Source: a virus
Taxonomy: Duplodnaviria; Caudoviricetes
Length of the DNA stretch: 64,000 bases
Strand: one strand, 5' to 3'
IMG/VR virus record: IMGVR_UViG_3300047159_000040
Location: 1 to 64,000 of that record
The notes beneath the pieces are model-generated. The model was not told the DNA's origin. It made no database searches and was given only the letters and a program-made list of their open reading frames with translations. Positions 52,543-63,561 of this stretch are shown one piece after another. Each line of letters opens with the position of its first letter. Position 1 is the first letter of the stretch. Position numbers and translations under genes: made by a program.

Positions 52543-52575
52543 GAAAGCCTGGGTCTCAACGACTCAGGCTTTTAT
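52543..52575. terminator. bidirectional terminator
   Basis: AAAGCCTGGGTC-tcaac-GACTCAGGCTTTT. Confidence 0.7.
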
Positions 52576-52593
52576 TTTATTTTCCCCGGAAAT

Positions 52594-55104
52594 CTACTGC
52601 TGCCCGTTTCCGAAAGACGGATCCATGCCGTTGGCCATGCCGATGGCGTTATCCTTGGCTTCCTTGGCCTTCTTGTCGATCTTGGACTTCGGGGTATCGT
52701 CCTCATTGATCTTCTTGACAAACTCGTCATACTTGTCCCAAGGAACAGCTTTGAGATTCTCCCTGGCGATTGCGCCAGTGAGCTTTCCGCGCTTCTCCTC
52801 GTATTCAAGATCGCCGTTTGCCACAGGAGGAAGCATGATGTCGGTTAGCTTGGTGGCATTGTCGAGAGCCGTGTTGATCATATCGGCAAGATTGCTTTGA
52901 TTGAGGGTGCTCGGGCTCGGGAACGAGATTTCTATCGTCATGGCCTTGTCGATGGCGGCTTGCTTGTCATCGCTGCTAGATCCGACGTTGCACTGCTCAT
53001 TGATGAAAAGCTTTCTCATCATGACAGTGAACGGCTCGGTCAATAGCTTCTGATAGAATATGACGCCGCGCACGAACTGCGAATTCTGAGCCGAAAGCGT
53101 TCTGGCGTAATCGACTTCGGCCAAGGCGTCGATCAGATTCTTAGGAACGTTCATGCCTGAAAGCATGGACCCTTTAAGATCATTGAGGAATTGGTCGTTC
53201 TCATCGGCGTTCATGCCCTGAAGGGAATCGATCTCAATCGGGCGGTCGCCGCCAGCGGTCATCGGGATGAAGTAATCATCGAATTGGCCGGGGCTGTTGC
53301 TGAGAATAGTGCTGATGTCGTTGATGTTCGACATCTTGTATTCTTTGCTCTTGATGTTCTGAATAACGGTTGAGATAGCTTGCTCATAGTCGGCGTCAGG
53401 CCCTGATGCGACATAGAAGATTCTCTTGTCGTGGCTGCGTCCGAGCTTGATGAGCAATGAGTTATTAAGGACGGCGAGATAGAGTTTGGCGAAGAACACG
53501 ATCTTTCTATAGATCGAAGGAACCTTGAAATGAATGACCTCGTCAGGCGAGAAGAAGACGACGCGAACGCCTTTCTTCATCATGTAGTCCTGCTTTAGCA
53601 AGGCATACATCATGTCTTTCAGATCCTTGTTGTGCTTGAGATACGGCTTAGACATCTTCTTTGAGATTCCATCGAGGAACAGCTTTGCGATCAGCTGCAT
53701 CTTCTGGTCGCTCACCTGAGCTTCCTGAGCGGCTGCGGTCGACGCGTTAGCCAATGGCTTATTGGCTCCGTTTAGCTGGTTCGACGAAAGATTCAATCCG
53801 CCTTGGCTTGGCTGATAAGTTGTGGCGGTTCCGAGATATCCGCTGTTGGCTGGGGCGGCATTAGACGTATCGCCGAGGAAATAGAAATAGCCATACGAGA
53901 CATCGTCGACTGAAAGATCGACGACTTTTTCGGCGTCAAGATGGCGGACGACCGATCCGAGGATTCCCAGCGACTCGGTTCCGGCGCCGTCTTTGGCGGC
54001 ATCGGTTGTCTTCTTATACACGAGATCGGGAATATCGGATTGCGCCTCGTGATCCTTCGTGTTGTCTTTCGAAAGATCCGCTTCGAATCTTTCGGTCAGG
54101 ATGGCGGCCGCAGGAAGCACTTTGAAATTATCGTTTATGCATTTGCTGATGGCGTCTCCGATCTTCTTGGAGTAAATCATGGCGGCGGCTTTTGATTCCG
54201 TCTTGCCATCGCTTCCGACTACCGAAGACTGCTCATCTTTGCTGAGCGTGACGAATTCCTCTTTGAGGATATTGCGCTCATCCGAGCTCATTGAGAGATA
54301 TTGCTCTTTGGTGATTATGTCGTTGGCGGTCATTCCGCCGAGCATGGAATAATTATTATTTTCCATTCCTTCCATGATGGAAGTCATGCTCTCAAGAAGG
54401 GCTTCTTTAGAAACCGTAAATGACTCATTGAGGGTCTTGGCTGACTTTCCGGCATAGATCGGATCAGAAATCATGCTGCTCATCTCGCGATCGAGCGAAA
54501 GAACGGCTTCGTAGTCATCGCCTAAGATAAGCGTTTTCTCTACGATGTCTCCGATCTTGTCCTCGATCTTGTATTTCTTGATGATCTGTTTGCACTGATC
54601 CTCGATTAGCTCCGACTCCTTCTCGGTTTTGTCGTTGCAGCTGACGGTGAAGATGGATTTGGTGTAGTCATCAGGGCTCATGATGTTGTCTTTGTAGATA
54701 TCGAGGGCAGTAGCGCATTCAGGGATGTGCTCGAAGATGGCTTCATAGTTTTGATAATTAAGGATTCTGGCCGTGTCGCTCTGCAAGATCGACGACGCCG
54801 CCGAAACGTTTTCGGAATTGAGCATCTTCTTGATTGAGTTGTTGGCATCGAAAATGGCTTTGGTGGCATCATCGTGGCGCATCGCAAGCCCGAGGGAAAC
54901 CTCGGTGAAGTGGTCGATTACGTCGGTTCCGGTATGGAGGCCGTACTTCTTTCTTGTGTCTTCGGCTGTCTTGCGGGCGATTAGCTCGATCGTGCTGTCA
55001 TCGTCGCTGAGACGGTTATCGGATCCGAATATTGCCTCGGATGACTTGTTGGACAGCCCTTTGATCGTGGCTATTCCGACGTTGTTGTTCTGCTCATTTG
55101 CCAT
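52594..55104 (-). CDS. portal protein (T4 gp20-like)
   Basis: HIPECATALDIYKDNIMSPD, KRIFYV, DDYFIP..GGDRPIEIDSLQG and GMNVP follow the gp20-type motif order. Confidence 0.8.
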   Translation of the reverse strand: MANEQNNNVGIATIKGLSNKSSEAIFGSDNRLSDDDSTIELIARKTAEDTRKKYGLHTGTDVIDHFTEVSLGLAMRHDDATKAIFDANNSIKKMLNSENVSAASSILQSDTARILNYQNYEAIFEHIPECATALDIYKDNIMSPDDYTKSIFTVSCNDKTEKESELIEDQCKQIIKKYKIEDKIGDIVEKTLILGDDYEAVLSLDREMSSMISDPIYAGKSAKTLNESFTVSKEALLESMTSIMEGMENNNYSMLGGMTANDIITKEQYLSMSSDERNILKEEFVTLSKDEQSSVVGSDGKTESKAAAMIYSKKIGDAISKCINDNFKVLPAAAILTERFEADLSKDNTKDHEAQSDIPDLVYKKTTDAAKDGAGTESLGILGSVVRHLDAEKVVDLSVDDVSYGYFYFLGDTSNAAPANSGYLGTATTYQPSQGGLNLSSNQLNGANKPLANASTAAAQEAQVSDQKMQLIAKLFLDGISKKMSKPYLKHNKDLKDMMYALLKQDYMMKKGVRVVFFSPDEVIHFKVPSIYRKIVFFAKLYLAVLNNSLLIKLGRSHDKRIFYVASGPDADYEQAISTVIQNIKSKEYKMSNINDISTILSNSPGQFDDYFIPMTAGGDRPIEIDSLQGMNADENDQFLNDLKGSMLSGMNVPKNLIDALAEVDYARTLSAQNSQFVRGVIFYQKLLTEPFTVMMRKLFINEQCNVGSSSDDKQAAIDKAMTIEISFPSPSTLNQSNLADMINTALDNATKLTDIMLPPVANGDLEYEEKRGKLTGAIARENLKAVPWDKYDEFVKKINEDDTPKSKIDKKAKEAKDNAIGMANGMDPSFGNGQQ

Positions 55105-55127
55105 AGTGATGCCTCAATTTAATTCAC

Positions 55128-55961
55128 TTAATCGATTGTTCGGGACGATATTTTGCGTAAGGCGGATACAAGATGCGTGTAATTCGACATCGAAACCTTA
55201 GCCAGTATCTGACTGGAATACATATAGATATTTCCATTCGGAAACACCGTTGAGTTTGTGAAAGAAGACGTATCCATCGAAGAGTCTATCCTGTCGTAAT
55301 TTAGAATGGCTGACGCTCTGATGATCGCTCCGCTCATCTCGACGAGCGATCTTTCGTCGTTGATTCTCTCAAATGATTCGTAGAAATCGGGGAATCCGGC
55401 AGTCTCGGAATATTCGGTTCCGTGGATAACCCACCAGGATATCTTCTTCTCATCGTCGGTAAGGACATCGAATATCGAAGAGAATTCATCCTTGATGTTA
55501 TCAAGATCCTTATAGGAATCTCCGACTCCTTTTCCGTAGTATGCACTGACGACGTAATCCCTGGCGTGCTTTATGGCAACCGATGATCTGGCGCTAAGAA
55601 CGGTGAATCCCTCATTCGCCAGGATGAAGCAATAAAGCTCATCTCTGGCCTTATCCTCGTCTGAAACTCCGAAGAGGCTGAATGAGAGGCTATCGCTTAT
55701 GACATCGTCTATCGACAGATATTCGTTGAACAGCATATAGCACACGTATGTGCAAAGATCTTTATTGGATATCGAAGCCAGAGCAGCGTATTTAGCTGCG
55801 GTGCTTCTGGTCATTATCACCTGGAAAAAATATTTTATTTCCTCAGGAGAGATGGATCTGAGGATATAGTTTCTTAGATCGGTGTAATTGTATTGGTCTA
55901 TCGCAGATCCGGCAAGAAGCGCCTTGGCGTTGAAGCGGATGTTTCTTGATCCGATTGTCAT
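55128..55961 (-). CDS. hypothetical protein (probably structural)
   Basis: 277 aa in a coupled operon upstream of the portal. Confidence 0.75.
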   Translation of the reverse strand: MTIGSRNIRFNAKALLAGSAIDQYNYTDLRNYILRSISPEEIKYFFQVIMTRSTAAKYAALASISNKDLCTYVCYMLFNEYLSIDDVISDSLSFSLFGVSDEDKARDELYCFILANEGFTVLSARSSVAIKHARDYVVSAYYGKGVGDSYKDLDNIKDEFSSIFDVLTDDEKKISWWVIHGTEYSETAGFPDFYESFERINDERSLVEMSGAIIRASAILNYDRIDSSMDTSSFTNSTVFPNGNIYMYSSQILAKVSMSNYTHLVSALRKISSRTID

Positions 55962-58558
55962 ATTTTCTTGATCCCCCTTCCTCCGCCTCCGAATTTGGCC
56001 CGTCCGTTCCTTGCTGAACTGAATGCGTCATCATGGTATGTCTTAGGTTCTTCATACGTCGCTGGAAGATGAGGAACCCTCGTCACGGTAGTGGATCCTA
56101 ATCCATAATGCCATGAGAAATAGCTTTCGGTATATGACGAAACGCGCCTTGATTCGATCAAAGACCTTCTTAGGAATTCAAGCATGGCCATCAATCTGAA
56201 TCCATCATGCCCGAAGCATGGCTTGAATGTTATGGCATCGCTTTCTAGGTTTCCGGAGCATCCGTAATACATATCCTCGGACGTCATGCTGCCGAACATG
56301 AACAGAAGATATTGCTCGAACATATCGCAATACATCAATCTCTTGATCTTATCTGAGAATGATCTTATTCCTGACACATCGATGAGCTTATCGTGAACCG
56401 AATTGATGAGAAGACGGGCATATGCCCTTCGCTCAGTGTCAGTGTCAAGATCAAATTTGTTGTATGTGTCTAATCCGGCATTGGATATCATCGTCTGAAT
56501 CGTGGTGCAGAAAGCATCGAATCCGCTCAGGAACTCATTGCTCAGCTTAGATATCGCGTAATTTCTTGTCCCGGAATACTCGACTCCGAACTTGAGGGCG
56601 GTCCCCATCAGATCTTTATAGTCTGACGAATCCGATCTCATGATGATATCTGGAGAGATTCTGCCGTAATCTGAGCTCAGATTGTCTCCGAACGCCGAAT
56701 ATATCTTGTCGTTTACGAGCGATATGGCTACTGCGGCTGCCGATTTAACTATGTTTCCGGCGATCGATATCGTAGAGAATATCGTTGGGATGTACTCACG
56801 AGAGTCGTACGTATTTACGTACGCGCCCAAAGTGCTGGTTACAGATGACTTCATGGCCGATGAGCTGCAGGCCGTGGATGCGACATAATGCCTGAAGAAG
56901 CTTACCGTGGATCCGCTGACGCTCACCGACAATCCAGATTCCGGATGGATATAGGATCCATTCGAATAAAACGCGTAATCCCCCATGATGAGAGGACGGA
57001 CGCTGATTTTCGTTCCGGTGCTTGTCGAAGCGTGATATCCGGCAGATACGGATGCCGATGCCCAGTAAGTCTCATAGCCTCCGTTGGCATATCCCGAAGG
57101 AAGGATCATCGTCGACAGATACCTATCGGCATAGGCCGGAGTTCCGACTTCGCATCCATTCAGATCGTCGGAATCCGAAGATCTCAGCGACGATGATATC
57201 ACAGGATGGAACACTTCTTTTATCGCAGTCTGGAAATTCCATTCCATCAAGGCTCCGAGATGATCTTTGCTCGTTACGATGCTGGCGTTTTTGGCTGGGT
57301 ATACCTTGGTCTCGTCATAGAACGACATGAATGTGGTAGGAAACAGATTGCTCGATGAAAGGCTATCGGTTCCAAGAGCCGATCCGCTATGCTCATAAAG
57401 AGATCTGACATAAGCCGCTGACTTGTAATAGTCGAGTATCGCGGTTGAGTTGCTGTCGAACAATTCAGAGCTGCGGCTTCCGGATCCGTCTATGTTCGCC
57501 GTTTCGAAAGCGTATGCGCTGACGACTCGGTTCATGGCCATCTTGTAGAATTCTTTGACGTTGAGCGAATATCTTGGGCCAACCGATACCGACGCCCCGT
57601 AATTGATGCAAGTGTTGTAGTAATTATCGTAATCTCCGGAATATATCGTATCGTATAAGCTTGCCAGATATCCGATGGATACCGACGCCCTTACCGTGCC
57701 GTCGTCATATGACGAAGACTGCCCGAGGTATATCCCTTCGACGACATCGATTATGCTTCTGGTGGAAGCGGACAGATACCCTCTCATCACCGAAAATAGA
57801 GCGATATGGCCATCCCTGGCGTATTCAGTGCTGACGGAAATATTATATTTTTCCGGGATTAGAGAACCGAGGCGATATGCCGGTATCTTCGGTTTCACAT
57901 GCGAGCTTGTCCATTGATTAGGCGTATGAGGAAGAAGGCCGTTAATGATGATCTGGTCGCTCATCGTATGGCTTGAGTATGCACTATAGAACACTTTATC
58001 TTGGCTTACTTTGGCAAGCTCTTTCTCGGCGGTTAGAGAATGATCGGAGTCGTAATCCGGAGAATTGGAAAGGAATACGCTGGAAGACAATCCGTTTGAT
58101 GATCTGGCGAAGTTGCTGATTATGTCAGGCCTGTCGCTGTTGCTTCTCAGTTTCTCAAGGATGAGATTGATTCTTCCAGACACCGTATTATCGCTTAGGA
58201 AATCGGAGACATCGGATGCCGTCATATCCCCTGAGTAGATAAGATAAGCCAGCGCCAGAACGGCATATCCGTTTATCGATGCGAAAACCGACTCGTTGTT
58301 GAGGGCTTCTTCTCCGAGTCCGAAAGTATCCGATATCTTTGCTCTGATGTCGGAATAGCTATAATGCGGAATGGTGTATCCCATCTTGGCGAAAAAGTTT
58401 CCGTTGGCCGTTCCGACCGAAGCTGCCTCGGCATCGGATGCCTTGGAATAGCTCGAGTTCAAAAGACCCGATCTGAGATACTCCGCTGTTATCAGAGTCT
58501 CGTTTCCGGATTCGTCCTTAAGATAGTATGCCATTGTCGCCTTCCTTGAACCTGTCAT
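55958..58558 (-). CDS. hypothetical protein (probably structural)
   Basis: 866-aa ORF; the start is probably MAYYLKD at ~58534. Confidence 0.75.
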   Translation of the reverse strand: MTGSRKATMAYYLKDESGNETLITAEYLRSGLLNSSYSKASDAEAASVGTANGNFFAKMGYTIPHYSYSDIRAKISDTFGLGEEALNNESVFASINGYAVLALAYLIYSGDMTASDVSDFLSDNTVSGRINLILEKLRSNSDRPDIISNFARSSNGLSSSVFLSNSPDYDSDHSLTAEKELAKVSQDKVFYSAYSSHTMSDQIIINGLLPHTPNQWTSSHVKPKIPAYRLGSLIPEKYNISVSTEYARDGHIALFSVMRGYLSASTRSIIDVVEGIYLGQSSSYDDGTVRASVSIGYLASLYDTIYSGDYDNYYNTCINYGASVSVGPRYSLNVKEFYKMAMNRVVSAYAFETANIDGSGSRSSELFDSNSTAILDYYKSAAYVRSLYEHSGSALGTDSLSSSNLFPTTFMSFYDETKVYPAKNASIVTSKDHLGALMEWNFQTAIKEVFHPVISSSLRSSDSDDLNGCEVGTPAYADRYLSTMILPSGYANGGYETYWASASVSAGYHASTSTGTKISVRPLIMGDYAFYSNGSYIHPESGLSVSVSGSTVSFFRHYVASTACSSSAMKSSVTSTLGAYVNTYDSREYIPTIFSTISIAGNIVKSAAAVAISLVNDKIYSAFGDNLSSDYGRISPDIIMRSDSSDYKDLMGTALKFGVEYSGTRNYAISKLSNEFLSGFDAFCTTIQTMISNAGLDTYNKFDLDTDTERRAYARLLINSVHDKLIDVSGIRSFSDKIKRLMYCDMFEQYLLFMFGSMTSEDMYYGCSGNLESDAITFKPCFGHDGFRLMAMLEFLRRSLIESRRVSSYTESYFSWHYGLGSTTVTRVPHLPATYEEPKTYHDDAFSSARNGRAKFGGGGRGIKKI

Positions 58559-59798
58559 CTTTTAGGATGAAGGCTCTTGCCTTGATGAGATAGTCTTTTA
58601 TCGTGTCAAGAGATCCTTCGGCTAATACGCTGAGCTCTTTTGATGGAACCGGCAGATTATTGACGAAATAGTCGATCAGCAACGCTGATTTTATCTTTGC
58701 GATGTCGTCTATTCCATCGATATTGCTTGACGATGTCGCGTTGGCGGTATCAAACGACAACGCCGTGAAAGGAGAATACGATTTGATGAAATCCTGGAAA
58801 GGTATCATCGCTGAGTCATCGTAGTAATAGTCTTTTCCATCGCTCGACTCGGATAGCATGAGCTTGTCGATATACCTGACGAAATCAAGCATGAATGAAT
58901 CGATGTAGCCATCAACCATTTCTGGAGAAAGCATTCTGTATCTTCCTCCGATGACGCTTACGGCTATCGAGTCAAGATGACCGTCATTGGCTAATCCGTT
59001 CTTGAATCCTGGTTCGTACAAGAACAGCGGATGATATTCAGATCCGTCATCGATTCGTTTGCATGACAGATCGCATATCTTCTTCATCCTTTCGGAGAAT
59101 TCGTTGGTCATTCCGGAAAGCGACGATGCAGATAGCTCGGAATAGGATGACATGTCCTGATAATATGTTGTTTCGGCGTCTCTCACGCTTCTGAAGCACT
59201 CGCCGGATCCTACCGCCAAAGGGCAGATGTCAGGATACACCAAATAGTTCTTCTCATACACGGAAGTGAATCCGCATGGGAACGAATTGAAGTATCCGTC
59301 TATGAAAGGCCTTAGGCTTCTAAGCGTCCCGTTTATCGAAACGTTGAATTGGGTGAGCTTCCTCTTAATGCGGCTTTCTTTGTCTTTGACTATGGCGTCA
59401 TATCCCATTCCGTCGAGCATGACCAGAAGATCATATGACGGAGTCGACGCGCCGATATCGACTAATTTCATGATGTCGTAGAAGCTTAGATCGCCGTCGG
59501 ATATTCCATAGAATATGTCATACACGGCAGCCTCATATGACGAATCGATTACCGATGCGTCGAACAACGCGATCATATCATCGGCATATCCAAGAAGATC
59601 GTCTCTATGAGATGTCTCATCGCTTGTCACGTCGTCGACGGTCTCTTTAGACACTAGAGAATCGGCGTATTTCTGATTGATGTCGGCTATGGCGTTCGAA
59701 GCCCTGGCATTGACGAATGCCTTATAGCCTCTGTATTCCGAAGCGAGGATCTTATAGCCGTTCTTGTTTATGTATGACTTGACTGGCATGGTTATCAA
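58518..59798 (-). CDS. hypothetical protein
   Basis: 426-aa ORF overlapping its neighbours. Confidence 0.75.
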   Translation of the reverse strand: MITMPVKSYINKNGYKILASEYRGYKAFVNARASNAIADINQKYADSLVSKETVDDVTSDETSHRDDLLGYADDMIALFDASVIDSSYEAAVYDIFYGISDGDLSFYDIMKLVDIGASTPSYDLLVMLDGMGYDAIVKDKESRIKRKLTQFNVSINGTLRSLRPFIDGYFNSFPCGFTSVYEKNYLVYPDICPLAVGSGECFRSVRDAETTYYQDMSSYSELSASSLSGMTNEFSERMKKICDLSCKRIDDGSEYHPLFLYEPGFKNGLANDGHLDSIAVSVIGGRYRMLSPEMVDGYIDSFMLDFVRYIDKLMLSESSDGKDYYYDDSAMIPFQDFIKSYSPFTALSFDTANATSSSNIDGIDDIAKIKSALLIDYFVNNLPVPSKELSVLAEGSLDTIKDYLIKARAFILKDDRFKEGDNGILS

Positions 59799-60409
59799 TC
59801 CTTCGGAAGCCTGAGATACTCCGCCAGGGATTTTATTTTTTTAATCCCCTCGACGGACAGGTCGTTCCTGTTCATGAAATCTATGTCGACCTGATTGAGG
59901 ACGATATGATCGTAATCCACCGGTATGACGTAATCGTTTATCGACATCAGCCAGTGAGACGCGTCTCCGGCCGATATGGCTCCGCTTAGAAGATCTGAAT
60001 ATAGCTTCTTTCGGCAGGCATCGGTTATCGGGTCTCCGGTAGAGCTCTGGGACACGAGCGAGAAAAGGATGTTATTGATTTCCTCAGTCTTCTCATCCAT
60101 ATACCCAGAATCGCCTTTCACGATTCCGTACTTCTGGATATCAGTCGCCGCCCTGAATTCGGCAAGCCTGGACATCTCGGTATAAAGCTCATTCTGGGTC
60201 TCGATGGACTCAGCTATAGCTTTGCCTATCGCGCTATCGGAGAACACTGGCTCGAAATCGGATATCTTCAGATCTCCTTCAAGAATGAGCTCCATGATCT
60301 TAGAGAACACGGAATCGTCGAGATAGTCGCACAGCATGTTTAGGGTGTCGTAGTCTTTCTCGCATATCCTCATCGAGTCTATGCCATCAATGATTCCTTG
60401 CTTTGTCAT
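59795..60409 (-). CDS. hypothetical protein
   Basis: 204 aa with ATGA overlaps. Confidence 0.75.
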   Translation of the reverse strand: MTKQGIIDGIDSMRICEKDYDTLNMLCDYLDDSVFSKIMELILEGDLKISDFEPVFSDSAIGKAIAESIETQNELYTEMSRLAEFRAATDIQKYGIVKGDSGYMDEKTEEINNILFSLVSQSSTGDPITDACRKKLYSDLLSGAISAGDASHWLMSINDYVIPVDYDHIVLNQVDIDFMNRNDLSVEGIKKIKSLAEYLRLPKD

Positions 60410-63400
60410 GCTACCAGGTCCTTGAATGATCCGGACAATGCCGAATTGCTTCCATTAACGATGTCATTGATGATGATATTTCCGTCAGTGTCGAATGAGT
60501 AAAAGAATTTCCAGACGTTTAAATACGTCGAAAGAACGTCTTTTATGGTTGAAGCATAAGACGATGAGCTGACTATGGCTTCCGTGATCTCAGATGAGCT
60601 TGTGTATTCTGAGGCGTCCGTTATCCCATATAACGAAAAGATGGCGTTGTATGCCGGGCTGTATTTAGACCCCGTCTCGTACGCGGCCATGGCGAACTTC
60701 TTAAGCGATTCAGACAATCCGGCCATGAATAAAATCGATCTGGGCGACATGCTGGTGCTTGATGCCGCTTTCATAGACGACACGATCTTGGGAATCATAT
60801 CGTTGACGTCATCTGGGCTTATGGCTGATATATAGCTATCCCACACCTCTTCCATCTTGTCGGTTACCTCGTCGTAATAATCAGACGCTGAATCTGATGT
60901 TATGAGAGTGGATAGCGTCTTCTCGAGATCGACGGAATTTAAGCTTATAGATCCTGGGATAGAAGATACCAACGCATATGGAAGCTTTGATTGATTGATG
61001 TTTCTGGAAACGAGAAGGCCATGATCTTTAAGAAGAGATCTCTCATCCTCCATGATCTTGATGCATCTCCCGCTTACGAGTTTGTTAGACAAGCCTTTGT
61101 TTTCAATGAGATCCTTTACGATATAAGACCCGATCGATTTAATGGAGTCCTTCATAACGGAGAATTCATCATCGCCTCTATCTGGGATGTGGTGAAGGAT
61201 GGCATAAGCCATAAACGCCATGTATGCGTCAAGCTTGGTCCCGTCTGTGAATTCGATGAATGCCTTAGTCCAAGATTCATAGTCTTCATCCGAATCAAAA
61301 GACATTTTATAGATCTTGGTTCCGCTGTATTCGATCGACTTCAGATCAGACGTGCTTCCGGTAAGGGCTTCTACTAACGTAGACCCGCTTGTGTATGACT
61401 TAGTCATGTACTTGCTTTGATCCGGGCATAAAAGCATGCCGTCTCTGCTGATGATATCGCTGACATCCATTATCTGAGAGCAGATGCTCACGATTGCTGA
61501 ATCGGCGAGTCCTTCGGCTTTATTGACGGAAGCTTTGGCTGATTCGATGTCTGAGTTAGATGAGATGTCTTCTACGCTCATGTCGTCAACGCTTGTGATG
61601 TTTCCGATATATCCCTGAGCGGTCGAGATCTCGTTTGATATGTCTTCTACCAGCGAATCATCGTACCCTGAGTCATTGGTCGATAGCGACGAATTGGCAT
61701 TTACGAATGTCGAAAGAACCCCGCTTATGCCGGAGATGGAAGACATGATGCTTGATTTTTTGCTTCCGGATATGATCGACATGTCGGTTAAGGCTGACAT
61801 AACGACTTGCTTTGAGCTCTCATAATTAGCCGAATTGAGATAGAAAGCAGCCGAAGTCCAGTCTTTTATTCCGATGATCTTAGACAAATCCGATACATAA
61901 GCAGCATCGGCGTCTTCATCGGCAAGGCTATCGCCAGACGCTCTAGACGATATCGATGTGCTTCCGACATTAGCGGGAGACTGGCTCATGGCGGCTGGAA
62001 CGAGATCGTCGTCCATATGCGCTTGATTAGAAGTAACCTCTGGATCGGCGATGATGTCGTATATCGGAGATCCGTTGTTGTACTTGACTCTGAGATAGAC
62101 CTCCTCATTGACGGAAGACGACCCCGAATCGGTGGCGTCTTTCACAGTGAGAGATCCGTGATAAATCGTATATCCGTAAACTTGGTTTCCTGTTTCCGGA
62201 TCCGCCAGAGGAGACACTCCGGACTCTGAGCTGACCTTGCCAAGAGTTCCGGTGCACGTGAATGCCGTAGTCGATCCATGCTTTATGACGCGGTTAACGC
62301 TGATGCTATCAGACAGCGCCTGAGGCTTGTTCTGATCGAATGAAGCGAAATCCATTGTAAGAGTGTCGTAGTAATCGAAAGGAGACGACTTGTTGGTCGC
62401 TGTCTCGATATGGTACTTCCCTGAGAATCTGACGGCGTTTGATTTGTCCCTGATGATGTACATGCTTCCATCATCTTTGGTGGCCCATCTTGAATCGCTT
62501 CCGAAAAACCAATGCGGATTGAAATAAAGCTCTGATGTTATCTTTCCGCCTTCCTCGGTCGGAGCCGGATCTTCGAATGTCGCCGTATACAGAGCTTTGC
62601 TCCAGAAGATGAGAACCGGCTGGCTTGTCTCCACGAACTTGACGTTGTTGATATGAAGAAGGCATGAGCTGACGTATATGCTTTTGAGATCGCTTTCGGT
62701 GATGTTTGACAGATCTGTTATCTCATTGGCGGTATGAAGGGTTATCAGCATATCGGCGGTCTGCCCGACGAGAGACGACGTGCTTACCTTTGACGGGAGA
62801 AGGAAAATATTTTTAATTTCCCCGGATATGATGTTCTTTCTCGTCACGGTAACATTTCCAGATGAATCGTGGGATATGGAAGGAACCACTTCGCCATTAT
62901 TCCTTGCAGAATTAACGTAATTCTCTAGAATCGCTCTGATATTCTCAATGACGTCGAATGCGTCGGTCCTGTATTTTGAAACGATGCTCGAAGACTCTCC
63001 GTTCTTAACGGAGTCGCCATACAGGGCGATATCGTCATATAGTTTTTTCAAAAGAGACGATATCGACGATGAGCTATCTGAAGACACGCTGGAATATGCG
63101 GAGATGTCTCTGCTTAGATTGGTGAATCCATTATCGGCCATGGCAAGATAGTATTCAGCCATCTCAGCAAGGCCAAGATTCTCGGCAAGGACGAATCTTC
63201 TCTTGTGAAGATTTGCCAAAGCGGTTTGAAGGGATTTCCATTTGTCAACGACATCTTCAAATTTTGTCTTCAGCGAGCTAACGTCTTCAGACGCTGACGT
63301 GTCAGATGCTTCTGAATTAAACGAGTTCTGCAGGGATTTCAGCTGAGATAGTATGGAATCTGACGAAACGGCCATCTCGCTTGTGGAATCAGTCGATGAC

Positions 63401-63561
63401 GTAATCCCCGGATATTTTAAAATATTTGGCGAATCGACGTTTTTGACAAGGGTGTTTTTAATCTCGCTCGAATTCGAGTATGCGTCAAGTATCTGGGTTG
63501 ATAGGGTTTTGAAATTAGCGTTAAAGTTGTATCTCATAAGCTTACCAAAGCCATAATTCAT
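60406..63561 (-). CDS. large hypothetical protein (probably structural)
   Basis: 1051 aa, S/D-rich. A late motif at 63553-63565 overlaps the called start, so the true start may be slightly downstream. Confidence 0.75.
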   Translation of the reverse strand: MNYGFGKLMRYNFNANFKTLSTQILDAYSNSSEIKNTLVKNVDSPNILKYPGITSSTDSTSEMAVSSDSILSQLKSLQNSFNSEASDTSASEDVSSLKTKFEDVVDKWKSLQTALANLHKRRFVLAENLGLAEMAEYYLAMADNGFTNLSRDISAYSSVSSDSSSSISSLLKKLYDDIALYGDSVKNGESSSIVSKYRTDAFDVIENIRAILENYVNSARNNGEVVPSISHDSSGNVTVTRKNIISGEIKNIFLLPSKVSTSSLVGQTADMLITLHTANEITDLSNITESDLKSIYVSSCLLHINNVKFVETSQPVLIFWSKALYTATFEDPAPTEEGGKITSELYFNPHWFFGSDSRWATKDDGSMYIIRDKSNAVRFSGKYHIETATNKSSPFDYYDTLTMDFASFDQNKPQALSDSISVNRVIKHGSTTAFTCTGTLGKVSSESGVSPLADPETGNQVYGYTIYHGSLTVKDATDSGSSSVNEEVYLRVKYNNGSPIYDIIADPEVTSNQAHMDDDLVPAAMSQSPANVGSTSISSRASGDSLADEDADAAYVSDLSKIIGIKDWTSAAFYLNSANYESSKQVVMSALTDMSIISGSKKSSIMSSISGISGVLSTFVNANSSLSTNDSGYDDSLVEDISNEISTAQGYIGNITSVDDMSVEDISSNSDIESAKASVNKAEGLADSAIVSICSQIMDVSDIISRDGMLLCPDQSKYMTKSYTSGSTLVEALTGSTSDLKSIEYSGTKIYKMSFDSDEDYESWTKAFIEFTDGTKLDAYMAFMAYAILHHIPDRGDDEFSVMKDSIKSIGSYIVKDLIENKGLSNKLVSGRCIKIMEDERSLLKDHGLLVSRNINQSKLPYALVSSIPGSISLNSVDLEKTLSTLITSDSASDYYDEVTDKMEEVWDSYISAISPDDVNDMIPKIVSSMKAASSTSMSPRSILFMAGLSESLKKFAMAAYETGSKYSPAYNAIFSLYGITDASEYTSSSEITEAIVSSSSYASTIKDVLSTYLNVWKFFYSFDTDGNIIINDIVNGSNSALSGSFKDLVA

